Both the position numbers and the translations under genes were made by a program. A stretch of DNA of 64,000 bases from Tubulanus polymorphus. Taxonomy: Eukaryota > Animalia > Nemertea. The stretch lies in contig NC_134027.1 of NCBI RefSeq assembly GCF_964204645.1, forward strand, positions 17,260,560-17,324,559. Reading direction: 5' to 3'. Positions within the stretch are counted from its first letter, which is position 1; every line of letters starts with the position of its first letter. Positions 39,737 to 50,838 of this stretch are shown here, piece by piece. The notes beneath the pieces are model-generated. The model saw only the letters and a list, made by a program, of their open reading frames with translations. It ran no database searches and was not told where the DNA came from.

Positions 39737-41074
39737 TTAAAACATAAAATCAATATCATCATACTCGAAATCACTATTGGTTTCTTCATTTTCATTTAAT
39801 TGTTCTTGTATAATTTGTTTAGGTTCTTCCATTTCATTTTTCTCATTTAAATAACGTGTTATATTGTGCCACATTTCATCTCGCTCTCCTTGTTTCTTTT
39901 TGTTTGTTAATTCATCAAATGGAATTATAATATCTATGTTTAAATAATTTACAATCTTATTTAAAAAGAATTCATAATTAATTGAATCTGTTATTCTATT
40001 TTCCAAATGATACATTAATATTTGTTTGAATATTTTTTTTATATTTTCCATATCTTCTTCTGTTAATTTAGGTTTTTCATAATAATCGTTAAATAATAAA
40101 TGTAAATACATTTTCTTTTGTTTTGTCTTTTGTTTTGTGTTAAATGTTGATGGAATAATTGTTTTCATTATATCTTTTTTAGTTATTTCACCATTTTTAT
40201 TTTCTATCATTTTAATTTTTTCAAGCGATTGCATATATTCTGGTGTATGATCTTCTATAGAAAATATTTTAAAGATTTCATCTAGATAATTTAATTTTGG
40301 TTCTATGAGAAAATCTCTAGTTTTTTCATCACCCCATAAATTCTTTTGCCATCCAAATTCATTACAAAATAACACAGTACCTTCTTGTCTTAAGGTCGCA
40401 TAATTACATTGTGGGCATTTTTGTTTATAATTTATTGGTTATAGATCTTCATTAAGCTCCTGGTATTTTCTTACGTTTTCTTTATGTTTTATTTTTCTAT
40501 TATGTAGATTTAAATTACTTGTTATAATAATCAATTTACAATATTTACAATAATATGTTTTTCTTGTTAATTCATTATATTGTTTTTCTAACTTTTCAAC
40601 TGTTTCTTTATTATCTGGTAACGTTTTCTCATATTTTATTTTTTCTAATATTTAATTTTTTCTTTCATTGAATTCTGCTTCAAATTTATTATAAATTTTA
40701 TCTATATGTACTTTACGAAATTGATGATTCTCCCAAGCTTCTATATTTTCAGGGCTATATTTTATTCGACAAGGCACACAGAAATGATATTTTATATTAT
40801 CCTTATCATAGAATAAGAAAGGTCTTTTCCAAATAATTTCAGGTTCAGTTTCAACAGAATTACTATTACTTTCGTTACTATCAACATTAACCGTTGTGTC
40901 ATTAATTTTACACTTCTCTGAATGTTTTTTAACATAAGTTCTTGAGAATAATTTATTACATTTTGGGCAGTTTATTTTAGGGGTTTATAATTTTCATCAT
41001 GTTTTTTCATGTCGAGCCATATTACTTTTTCTTTGAAGTTCACCATAAATTTCGCATGGTATCTTCTCATCCAT
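39737..41074 (-). pseudogene. Zinc-finger protein with C-terminal VLTF3-like (poxvirus A2-type) late transcription factor domain
   Basis: Several C2H2 fingers, then KCPQC...FCNEFG ribbon, PKLTEEDMENIKKIFKQI, SINYEFFLNKI, ERDEMWHNI; upstream part broken by stops and frameshifts. Confidence 0.65.
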
Positions 41075-41142
41075 TTATTTAGGAAAAATTTTATTAAAAT
41101 TAATTTTTAGTGATGAGCGGTAATTTTTTTATGTTATAAATA

Positions 41143-41896
41143 ATGGTAGAATTAAAAGAATACAGAATATTTAATCTAGAAAACTTACAAATTATAAATC
41201 ACATAATTTACTAGTACAATTAGATAGAGAATTTAAGAATTGTGTAGATTAAAATTAGTAAATATAAGTTTATGTAATTCTTTTTATAATGTAACGGATA
41301 AAAGTCTAGAACATTTAATTGTTTCAATCTTTTACAAAAAAATGAATAAATGGTTTTTTATATGTTCAAAACCAGGATTATATAATTAAGATACATTAGC
41401 ACAAGAAATTAATAGAAAAGCTCGAGCTAAATTAGGAAGTGATTCCGGATTTAGTATTAGAATTTTAAAAAGTGATAGTTCTAATAAAATAAAGATTAGG
41501 TAAGCTAATGACGAACAATTTAAATTTACAGTAAGAAAACCTTTAGGTAAACTGTTAGGAATTAACCCAGATATTGTTACAGCATACGCAGAGGGTAGAT
41601 CAAACTTAATACCTTACACACACTTCTATATTTATTGTAATTTAATTGATCCTACACAAACATTTGAAGCAACTAAAGATAAAACTTGCAATTCTAGTAT
41701 ACTAAATATTTTACCATTAAAAAATGTTAAACAATTTGGAACTCAAATAAATTATAATGTTACAGAATGTGATTTTAAACCTTGCATTCCGCATTTCAAT
41801 AATTTCAAATTAGAAATAAGAAATCATAATGGTTATTTAATTGATTTGAATAACTTTCCTGTGATATATGAATTAGTTATAAGATGTAAAGAGTAA
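41143..41896 (+). pseudogene. Putative minor capsid (penton-like) protein
   Basis: NSFYNV, KPGLYN, LGKLLG, FYIYCNLID, SILNILP, LEIRNHNGYLIDL...YELVIR: pattern typical of Polinton minor capsid proteins; internal stops. Confidence 0.6.
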
Positions 41897-41913
41897 TTTT
41901 TTTCACTATATAA

Positions 41914-42273
41914 ATGAATATAACTGTTGGACCGAGTATATGTTTTGGATTTGATTTTAAACGTGAGAAAGAAATGAAATTTAACATTAATGATGTAATT
42001 ACACATATTAAAAATATTGCATTTTCTAATGAAACAACATTTGAGTATGAAAAAACAATAGATAAAGAAACTTTAAATGTAGAAAAGATTACTAATTTAA
42101 TTAGAGAATCTTTAAGATTTTATGAATTAGATGAAGATTTTATCATAGATGATATTAAAAACATATTAACCAAAATATATGATAATCATAAAAGTAGTAA
42201 TGAAATAAATGTTCAATCAATCATCACTAAGATAACTAAATATTTTGAAGATTGTAATTTTTTTGATAAATAA
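41914..42273 (+). CDS. Polinton hypothetical protein, 119 aa
   Basis: Open ORF starting in TAAATG; its stop overlaps the next TAAATG. Confidence 0.6.
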   Translation: MNITVGPSICFGFDFKREKEMKFNINDVITHIKNIAFSNETTFEYEKTIDKETLNVEKITNLIRESLRFYELDEDFIIDDIKNILTKIYDNHKSSNEINVQSIITKITKYFEDCNFFDK

Positions 42274-42495
42274 ATGAGTGATAATAAGTGGATAATAACT
42301 GGATTATATAATGGAGCATTACTATCAGTTTGAACTGTTGGTTATTCCATGGTATTAAAAAAAGTATTTAAAATGGGAAGTGTTAATGTTGATAGATTTG
42401 ATATAAATGATATCTTAAAATTAACATTAGCAGTTACTTTATCCAATTTAACTATTGATTATTTGGAAAAACAAAAATATATTCCTCCCATATAA
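42274..42495 (+). pseudogene. Small hydrophobic Polinton protein
   Basis: TAAATG start, one internal stop, ends YLEKQKYIPPI; homolog at about 58348-58507. Confidence 0.55.
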
Positions 42496-42519
42496 AAGTG
42501 TAATTATTTTACTAAATAA

Positions 42520-42942
42520 ATGGCTTCTGCAATTATAACTATTATAGGATCGGCAATTGTTAACGCTTTAGCATTTACTGGTGGTGGATATTTATTTAAG
42601 CACATTGATAAAAATGGATCATTAACAGAACAAAAAAGACATAACTTAGCATTAGAGAAATACCATAAAGCAGCAGAAGAATATTGAGTAAATAGGCAAA
42701 ACTATATGGATTATATTAACAAGGAATTATATGATCAGAAGATTTCACATAGAGATTTTCAATCAGTCGATGATGCAATGAGTTTATATAACGCGGTAAC
42801 CAATAAAGAAAAATTACATCTACATAAACCTACAATATCAGATTATTATACCCCAAGTAAAGAACAACAGAAATATGAAATAATATGGATTTTAGGTGGA
42901 ACAGTTATTGTTATATTTGTAGCATATAGATTTACTAATTAG
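42520..42942 (+). pseudogene. Small protein with hydrophobic N-terminus, coiled coil and C-terminal TM segment
   Basis: MASAIITIIGSAIVNALAFTGGGYLFK...EQKRHNLALEK; one internal stop; homolog at 58528-58950. Confidence 0.7.
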
Positions 42943-42960
42943 TAATTTTTTTCTAAATAA

Positions 42961-43395
42961 ATGGAAGATAAAGTTGATAATATTGATATCATTCCTCATG
43001 ATATAAATAAAACTAAATTAAAAACATATTTAGAAAAACAAATATTAGAATTTGAAAATGATTTAAAAGTTAAAAAGAAAAAATATTTAAAATCTAAAAT
43101 TATATATTATTTTATTATTAGTGATTCAGTTACAATTAGTTCTGTAATAACATTTCTAGCAATATTCAGTCCATTAACACCTTTAGCTATATCAATTGGC
43201 GTATTAGGATTATCATCAAGTGTATTAACCAGTATAAGTTCAAAATTAAATATAAAAAGTAATAAAGAAAAAATTAAAACTAATATAAAAGAAATTAATA
43301 AATTAAAGAATACACTAGATTATATAATAAGTTTAAATGGCCATATAACAGCTGCAGAACAAGATAAATTATTGAAAGAATTAGTTAATTATTAA
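42961..43395 (+). CDS. Coiled-coil protein with two hydrophobic segments
   Basis: Open 144-aa ORF with TAAATG start; homolog at 60697-61130. Confidence 0.75.
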   Translation: MEDKVDNIDIIPHDINKTKLKTYLEKQILEFENDLKVKKKKYLKSKIIYYFIISDSVTISSVITFLAIFSPLTPLAISIGVLGLSSSVLTSISSKLNIKSNKEKIKTNIKEINKLKNTLDYIISLNGHITAAEQDKLLKELVNY

Positions 43396-43411
43396 TATTT
43401 TAATTATATAA

Positions 43412-44677
43412 ATGGTAGATAGTTTTCCAAAAGCTTTCCAATATAATAAATCAATTAAATATAAAATTCCTGCAATAGATTTTAATAAAGATATTTCATA
43501 TAGAAATGAAGATTTGAATTCATTAATTGATTTATATATTTATGTTACTGAAAGTAATAATTTTCATGGAAAGAAGGAAAATATATTTCATGTGTATACA
43601 ATTAATTTCAAAAATTTAAATGAGGCAGAACAATGGTTATTAAAATCTAATATGAAGTATTGGCAGAACCAATTAAATTTTGCTGTTTATTGCGCAACAA
43701 CAGGATGTGGAATTAGTTGGAATGATCATTTAAACAAACCAAGTTTACCATTAATTTTATCACTTTTTAGATTTCATACGTATTTTCAAATAAAATTGAT
43801 ATTAGATGAATTAGAATGTCCTTTACCAGGTTCAAAATATTTTAAAGAATTGAATAATAATATTAATTTTTCTAAGTTTTATAAAATATGTAATGAATTT
43901 AATATTAATTCAAATAAAGATTTTAGAGCAAAAATTGGTACAATGGGTGGATTAGGAATATTATATACTAAAGAATTTGGAAAAATAATGACAAATTCAG
44001 ATGTAAGAACACTGAATTGGAATGAATTACCAAAATATTATAATAATATACAACAACAAAACAATAATGGTTGGGTTAATTTCATTTTAGATAATAGTGA
44101 AGGTTTTACTAAAGCTGGTATACAAAGAATAAATCAATCTATTAGAACTTATTTGATATGTATTCTAGGTGCACAAGTTGAAACAAGATCCCCAATAATT
44201 GGAAATGATAACACTTCATTCGATGCGCAGAAACAATTTAAAGTTTTATTTGAAGATTCCATTCATAATGATAAAAATAGATCGATTCCAGAAAACATTG
44301 TGAGATATCAAAATTATTTAGATAAATCACATATTAGATTAAATTATTGTATAGGCCCTAATCTATTAATTATTTCTAATGATTTAGTACTAAAGATGGG
44401 AAACATAATTGGTTACAATAATCTAATTAAAACTGCAACAATAAATAATTCATTTGGATTAAATGATATAAATAAAAAGATTATTACTGCTCCAAAATTA
44501 ATGGAAGGCGAAAAAAATAAAAAACATATTCAATCAACAGAAACTAAAACTAAGAATATTGAATTAAATAATGATAATGATAATAATAATACTGATAATG
44601 ATAATAAATTCCATGAAAATACTAAATTAGCTTTAACCTGTATAGGAATTGTTATAGGAGGAATATTATATTTTTAA
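43412..44677 (+). CDS. Conserved Polinton protein of unknown function with hydrophobic C-terminus
   Basis: Open 421-aa ORF; YWQNQLNFAVYCATTGCGIS and GFTKAGIQRINQSIR are conserved in the homolog at 61147-63165. Confidence 0.8.
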   Translation: MVDSFPKAFQYNKSIKYKIPAIDFNKDISYRNEDLNSLIDLYIYVTESNNFHGKKENIFHVYTINFKNLNEAEQWLLKSNMKYWQNQLNFAVYCATTGCGISWNDHLNKPSLPLILSLFRFHTYFQIKLILDELECPLPGSKYFKELNNNINFSKFYKICNEFNINSNKDFRAKIGTMGGLGILYTKEFGKIMTNSDVRTLNWNELPKYYNNIQQQNNNGWVNFILDNSEGFTKAGIQRINQSIRTYLICILGAQVETRSPIIGNDNTSFDAQKQFKVLFEDSIHNDKNRSIPENIVRYQNYLDKSHIRLNYCIGPNLLIISNDLVLKMGNIIGYNNLIKTATINNSFGLNDINKKIITAPKLMEGEKNKKHIQSTETKTKNIELNNDNDNNNTDNDNKFHENTKLALTCIGIVIGGILYF

Positions 44678-44699
44678 TTTTAATTTTTTTATTATATAA

Positions 44700-46155
44700 A
44701 TGGATGTAGAAGGTGGAGAAGATATTGGAATGGATAATTTTGATGAACCCGGCATAACTGAAGAACAACCGCCTGATTTTAGTGAAACAAGTTTTAATGA
44801 CGGTAATGAGCCAGAATATAATAATAATTTAAATATGCCTGATTATATTAAAAATGCAGAATCACAATTAAATCCTGAAAATTTAGACCCAGATTTAGTA
44901 TAACAAGATTTAGATAATTTAAACAAAATACCTAAATTAGAACGAATAATTGAAAATTCTAAACTTAACATAAATGATGAAGACGTTGGACCTTTAGCAG
45001 ATCAATTAAAATTTTTAGATAATGGTAAATGGTATTATCATTTGAAAGGTGATTATTATATTGATATCACTTATAAAAATAATAAAAATAAAATATGAAC
45101 AAAATCAACTTTGAGTGATTTAGATCCAGATAGAATTAAAAGAATTAGTAATAGTAATGTAATAACTGATGTTATAAAACAAGAATTAACTGATAATGAT
45201 ATAGACGTATTTAAATAAAGAATTAATGAATTATTTGAAATAATCAAAAAGAAATCAGAAACAGAAACAACTTCTGAACAGAATATAACTTCCTAAACTA
45301 GTAAACTTAAATCAAATAAAGTTCCAATTGAAAAACTTTTACCGAATGGATTAATTGATGCAACAGATCAAGAATTAGAAGATTTAAATAATATATTTTC
45401 TGTTGAAGCAATTAGAGAAATTAAAAGTATAAGACTTGCATCTGATAAAATTTCGCATGATAAAAGTATAAGATATTTTAAAATTAGAACTTTAGAAAAA
45501 GAATTAACTGATAAAAATAAAGAAATAGAACAATTAAAGTCTGATTTAGATCATCAAGTAATTGATGAAATAGAATATAGGCAAAAAGAATTACGTTTAG
45601 AAAAAGAAAAAGATGATTTAGAATATAACATAGAATTACAAAAAGTAGAAATAAAATTATTGTTAAAAACATATGATTATAATATTAATAGATTAAAAGT
45701 TATTTTTAAAGATTTGTTGATTAAATCAGATTCTGAAATATCATTAAAAGATAGAATAAAGTTATTATTTAAATTAGAAGGAATAACAATTCTTTCAATT
45801 CTAACAGCTGTAACTATGTTATTTACAACAATTGGTTTAGCAATATCAAATGCTTTGAAATCTACTCCTACTCCCAATAAACCGGATAAACCCCCGAATG
45901 ATAATTCAATACAAGATAAAGTTAAAGATGGTTTAAAGAAAATATTTATGGGAACTATCTAAAAAATCTGCTGCAGCTTTACCAGGAATTATTGCATCAA
46001 TTGTTGGTTTTATATTGAAATCTGCAGGAAACATTATTAACTTTGCTGCTGAACATATTATTTTATTTTTAATTACAGTTGTAAGTGCTATTATTTTTGG
46101 GTTAGTGAATATGATATCAAAAAGATATCAAGAAAAAATAATAAAAAATAAATAA
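44700..46155 (+). pseudogene. Large acidic/coiled-coil protein with hydrophobic or amphipathic C-terminal helices
   Basis: Fragments 44700-44903 and 45660-45962, continuing AAALPGIIASIVGFILKSAG...HIILFLI; many stops. Confidence 0.6.
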
Positions 46156-46175
46156 TTAATTTTTTTGTTAAATAA

Positions 46176-47423
46176 ATGATTGGGAGTTATATAAGTCCTT
46201 CTAAGATTTCTAGAATATCTAATGCTATTAAAGCAGAAAGATCACATCATATAATTACTCATAACCCTTCTAATATTAATCCTGATGAAACTTTATATGT
46301 TAGAATTCCGAGATTAACACAAAATACTTTTTATGTTCCAAATAGTATTTATTTATCAGCCGATATAAAAGTAACTGGTCATGATAATAATTATGTTGTC
46401 GATAATGTTGGGAGATATTTGATTAAAAAATTAACTATATAGATTGGTCCAGAAACAGTTTTCTCATTAGATGATTATAATTTATTTATGCATTATAAAG
46501 ATTTATGGCTAACTAAAGAAAATAGAAATAATATGATATTTCAAGGAATCCAATCAGAAAACCATAATAAATTAAGATCAGGAGCTAAGAACGCAAAAGT
46601 AACTCGTGCCACAGATAATTTGATTAAAAAGATTTATGGAAGCAAATATAAAATTCCATTAGACTTTGAATTGATAAATAATATTGCCCCTTTATATAAA
46701 TATGTATTTCAAGGAGATATTATATTTGAGATAACATTTGCTCCTGTAAATGAAATTGTAATATCTAGCGTTGTTAAAGATATGGGTTATAAATTATCGA
46801 ATATATGTTTAGAATATGATACAGTAACTGATGAAAATATTTCAAGTATAATTCAAACTCAATACAATCAAGGATTTTCATTATTATATGATTATATTGA
46901 TAAATTTAAAACTGTAACTATTAATGCAAATGGTGAAATTATTAATGAGAATATTAACTTCCCAAGAAGATCTATTAAAGGTATATTAATATTTTTTACT
47001 ATTGCAACATATTCTAATGGCGCAATAAAGGTTGATAATTATTATAATCCTGAAATAACAAAAGTAGAAATAACTATCGAAGGAATAGCAAATAAAATAT
47101 TTTGTCAAGGAATGAGAATGATAGATCAGTGGCCAGAAATTAGAAAACATTTTATGAATGAAAAAGTGAAATCATCTGAAAATTGTAATATTAATCAAAT
47201 TGATTATTATACCGGCAATAAATATGCATTATGGTTAGATTTTAGAACAACAGAGGATAATTCATTACATGGTTCTGGGAAAAAACTACAGAACACAAAA
47301 GATGGAATACAATTATTCATGGCAAAGAAAATAGGAGACAAAAATTTTAAAATGCACATTTATATTATATCTGACGCACAATTAAATATTGTAAATTCAC
47401 AATTAGATAGTATTCAATATTAG
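46176..47423 (+). pseudogene. Putative major capsid protein (double jelly-roll)
   Basis: About 415 codons with one in-frame stop at 46440; beta-rich; NPSNINPDETLYVRIP, VGRYLIKKL, YKIPLD, YKLSNICLEYD, PRRSIKGILIFF pattern of invertebrate Polinton capsids. Confidence 0.75.
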
Positions 47424-47453
47424 AAATATAAAGTTAAAATTAAGGATATATAA

Positions 47454-47685
47454 ATGGGTGGTAAAAAAACTCCTAATACTAAAGAACAATATTTAAGAAA
47501 TTTATATTACAACCCTAAGAGTTCGGTCGCTTATTCTTCTACCAAAAATTTATGGCGTCAAGTGAAACAAGATAAATAAGATAAGATAATCCCACAAAAT
47601 TTAGTTAAATATAAAGATATAAATGAATTTATGTTAGAACAACCAACATACACAACACATAAAAAAATTGTTAGAAAATATATAT
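47454..47685 (+). pseudogene. N-terminal remnant of Polinton retroviral-like integrase
   Basis: LRNLYYNPKSSVAYSSTKNLW...INEFMLEQPTYTTHKKIVRKY; no DDE core follows. Confidence 0.7.
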
Positions 47686-47689
47686 TAAA

Positions 47690-48078
47690 CTTTAAATTTA
47701 GATAATTGTATTAAAATAGCAATAGATATTTATAAAGGATCAAATACATTATTCATTATAGATGATTGCGCAAATTTACATGATTCAAAAGTGAGAGAAA
47801 GTGAGTTATGTTATCAGGCTTTCTCTGGGAGACATTTTGGGATAACAACATGGGTTTTAAATCAAAAATATAATTCGATTGTTAAAGACTTTAGAGAAAA
47901 CATTAGATTTCTAGTTTTATTCTGCAATAAAGATAGAAAATCGATGAAAAATGCACTTGAGGAAAATGATATTATTCCACATGATTTACATAATGAATAT
48001 ATGGATAAATTGAAAAATAATAAAAGATCAAAATTACTATTTAGATTACAACACCCATTTAAATATGAATTTATTTAA
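47690..48078 (+). pseudogene. C-terminal half of A32-like packaging ATPase
   Basis: Walker B LFIIDD, SGRH, WVLNQ, FREN; no Walker A upstream. Confidence 0.8.
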
Positions 48079-48079
48079 A

Positions 48080-48355
48080 TTCAACTGGTTTGTTAATCTA
48101 GTTGAATTCTAGTAACATTCTAGTTGAATTCTAGTTATTAGTAGTTGAAACAAAAATCAAATAAAATTCAACAATATTTTAACTAGCTTGTTAATCTAGT
48201 ATAATTTTAGTTACATTCTAGTTGAACTCTAGTTATTGGTAGTTGAAACAAAAATCAAATAAAATTCAACAAGAAATAAATAAAAACAACAATATTTCAA
48301 CTAGCTTGTTAATCTAGTTGAATTCTAGTTACATTCTAGTTAAATTCTAGTTGCA
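48080..48355. repeat. Three about 100-120-bp repeats rich in CTAG and GAATTC short palindromes
   Basis: CAACTAGCTTGTTAATCTAGTTGAATTCTAGTTACATTCTAGTT repeated three times. Confidence 0.85.
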
Positions 48356-48384
48356 ACATCACAACAAATTTTTTTGTTATATAA

Positions 48385-49284
48385 ATGGGAGGTGAAAAGA
48401 AAATAAAATCTAAAAATGGTGATGTTCCAATTGAAAAAACTTAACAGAAACAAAATTAACTCCAGATGATGGTGCTTTGAATAATGTTACAACAAATAAT
48501 AATTATGAATATTATCTTTATTGTAAACATCAATTAGAAATATTAATATCATCTGGAAAATGTAAAAATTTTATCGGTAAAAATTTAACTTATAATGAAT
48601 TAGATACAATGAAATCAGATGAAATTATTAGATTATTTAAGACTTATGAAACCGCGAGAACAACTAGAATTAATGACGCGATCACAGAAAATGTAGTAAA
48701 AGGTTATAGTAAATTATGTAATTATATGCTGCCAATTCAAGAGGAAAATAGATTATATGCTGATTTGAAAAATGATTATTTAGTTATGACTGAATTAAAT
48801 AAATGGATTGGATATTTATCATTTCAATTAGGTGGATTTATGACATTATTATCAACTGGACTTATGACATTTTCAAATATTGAAAGTAAAAATATTTCTA
48901 TAATAAATGAACAAGGTGGAAGAAGTGAAGAAAAACCGAGATCACAGAAACAAATTGAATGGTCTCGGCAATTAGGAATTAAATCACAAGAATATAAAAA
49001 AGCTGTAAAAGAAAAAATAAGTAATAAAAATGTTAATAAAAATGGTGAATATTGTTATTTCTACTCCTTCTAATGATAGAATATTTGATAAATGTCAATA
49101 TTTTACAGTTGGATTTGTAATTGTATTCATTTTGATTGGGTGTAATTGGTATAAGAAATCAAATAAAATTCATGATATTAATAATTCTGAAACAACTGCT
49201 ATCAAAAATGAAAATACTTCTGAAATTCCAAAATTGATAATAAAAAAATGGATTAATATTTTAGATAAAAAGCAAAAAAAATAA
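48385..49284 (+). pseudogene. Two or more Polinton hypothetical proteins, frameshifted or fused
   Basis: TAAATG starts at 48385 and 48907; ORF pieces 48477-49073 and 49030-49284, the latter with a TM-like segment. Confidence 0.5.
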
Positions 49285-49406
49285 TTGAATATCTCACTAC
49301 TTTTGTCTATCTATGCGGGGCAATTAAATTGTCCAGATAAGTCATTTCGGATTCTAGATATCCATTATTTTTAATAATTTATTTTTTTAAATTTAATCAA
49401 CAATTT

Positions 49407-49690
49407 CTAAATCATGATGGCCATCTTCATTTTTCCATGATAGATTATTTTAAATCCTTCTAAATCTTTTAATTCCTCTGTACTCAATGAAACCCATTTA
49501 TCAGGTAAAAATACTTTAAATTCTCGCGATGTACTAACATTGCAGTAGCTTAAATTAGCTGATACTTTCTCTCCATATTTTGTTTTTATCTTTTCTAATT
49601 TCAATACTTTATGTTCAATTTCTTTTGTAACATCAACTAACTTTTTTATTTCAAATAGTTTTTTTGCTGGTTTTATTCTGTTATTTGTTG
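49407..49690 (-). pseudogene. Small basic terminal protein (TKYG...FLP family)
   Basis: KIKTKYGEKV...KVFLPDKWVSLSTEELKDL aligns with NKYGDRL...YLPDRFYGLSSEDLEEL at 57225-57566. Confidence 0.6.
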
Positions 49691-49700
49691 TTAAAAAATT

Positions 49701-50019
49701 ACTTGTGGTGATGAGTGGGGATTACTTCCCCTTGTATATAACAGGCACGCTATTAACCGTTCTCACCCAAGCCTCACAGCATCTATTTATCCGAGCACAG
49801 TTGACACGCAATCACTGTACTACAGTAATAGCACACGCGTTAATAACCGTTCTCGGTAGCGACTCACTGTATCTATCTATCCACGCGCAGTTGTTGTTAC
49901 GCGCACTCACTGTATATGTGCATCACAGAGCAATCGTCTGTTCTCACTAGAGCCTAGCTGTGATGAGTGGTGTCTCGACCTCTCGACCTCTGGTATGAAA
50001 ACGCCATCTTCTAATTACT
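49701..50019. repeat. Right TIR of element B
   Basis: Reverse complement of 33945-34263. Confidence 0.97.
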
Positions 50020-50838
50020 CGAATCCTTCAATCACGATTTATGCAAACTAAGGTGAAAACCGTTTAAATCAGTTTCCGTTCTGCTTATGTATAGACACTC
50101 TCCGGACTCGATATACAGCCGCTCGGACTGATGCTAAGGGCAGTCAATTTACTCCCGACGTGTCGTTTTATCAACATAACACTATATCAATGTTCGATAA
50201 CCAAGGAATACCTGGTCGAATCAATACCGCCCGGTGGTCACACACAAAAATCGGATCAGATCACATCAGATCGATGATTTTAAGAACCTCCTCAATCCAA
50301 ACAGATTGAAATATAGACGTAGTTGATACATACGCCGACAGATGATCGGTGCGATTACCCTCGCAACACCAACGGACCCTGTTTTGACAGGACGGAAAGT
50401 ACTCTCCACACGAGACGAGGAAAGCCCGTCCCACCTTTGCAAAAATCTAACATCCATATCGGTTCTCACCACTACCCGCCACTGTAAGGCCACGAATGTG
50501 TTGATACACACGCCATCTATCTGATTAGGCTATCACTACTATTCGCAATGACTTATAATATGGAACACTCATACACCGACGTCTGTTTATAATAAAAAGA
50601 AATAACACAATGTGTACCTCACATCTCAATATGAATTACTCAGTTTTATTTCTACTGTGAATATTAAAATTATTACATTGCTACACCCTCGTGAAACTGG
50701 CTGTGTTATTATAAGTATTATAAAATGATATTAGCATCTCTTTAGGTTAATACTAAATTGACTAGGTTAGTTAAAGTTAAAGAATTTTTATTCAAAATAT
50801 AAAGTATTCTCTTTTGAAAAGAATTGTAAAAGAAAATA

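Larger units (their letters stand above)
34282..39740 (+). pseudogene. Protein-primed family B DNA polymerase (pPolB) with intein, interrupted by a solo LTR, stops and frameshifts
   Basis: Zinc fingers; vOTU-like INVQNEDNKCFLW...HY; ExoI VIYGDFES; EndoVII-like DHDH...YRGAAHEDCN; ExoII FHNLSGYD; ExoIII YLKSDV; motif A YIDANNLYGWAM; motif B KLMNNSFYGK; motif C YFD/TDS; C-terminal DDKR...TLPYG. Confidence 0.96.
33945..50019 (+). mobile_element. Bounded Polinton/Maverick-type endogenous DNA virus (element B), 16,075 bp, pseudogenised
   Basis: AGTAATTAG...CTAATTACT ends, about 319-bp TIRs, 6-bp TSD CGAATC (33939-33944 and 50020-50025); pPolB, major and minor capsid, ATPase and integrase remnants. 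Confidence 0.97.

Noticed and set aside
34282-49690. Bacterial, phage or free giant-virus contaminant
   Set aside because: The AT-rich block is bounded by TIRs and a TSD, contains a eukaryotic solo LTR and is flanked by animal-type retroelements.
50026-50620. Hammerhead ribozyme or GIY-YIG domain in the Penelope-like flank
   Set aside because: No complete CTGANGA...GAAA core with stems and no recognisable GIY-YIG motif.
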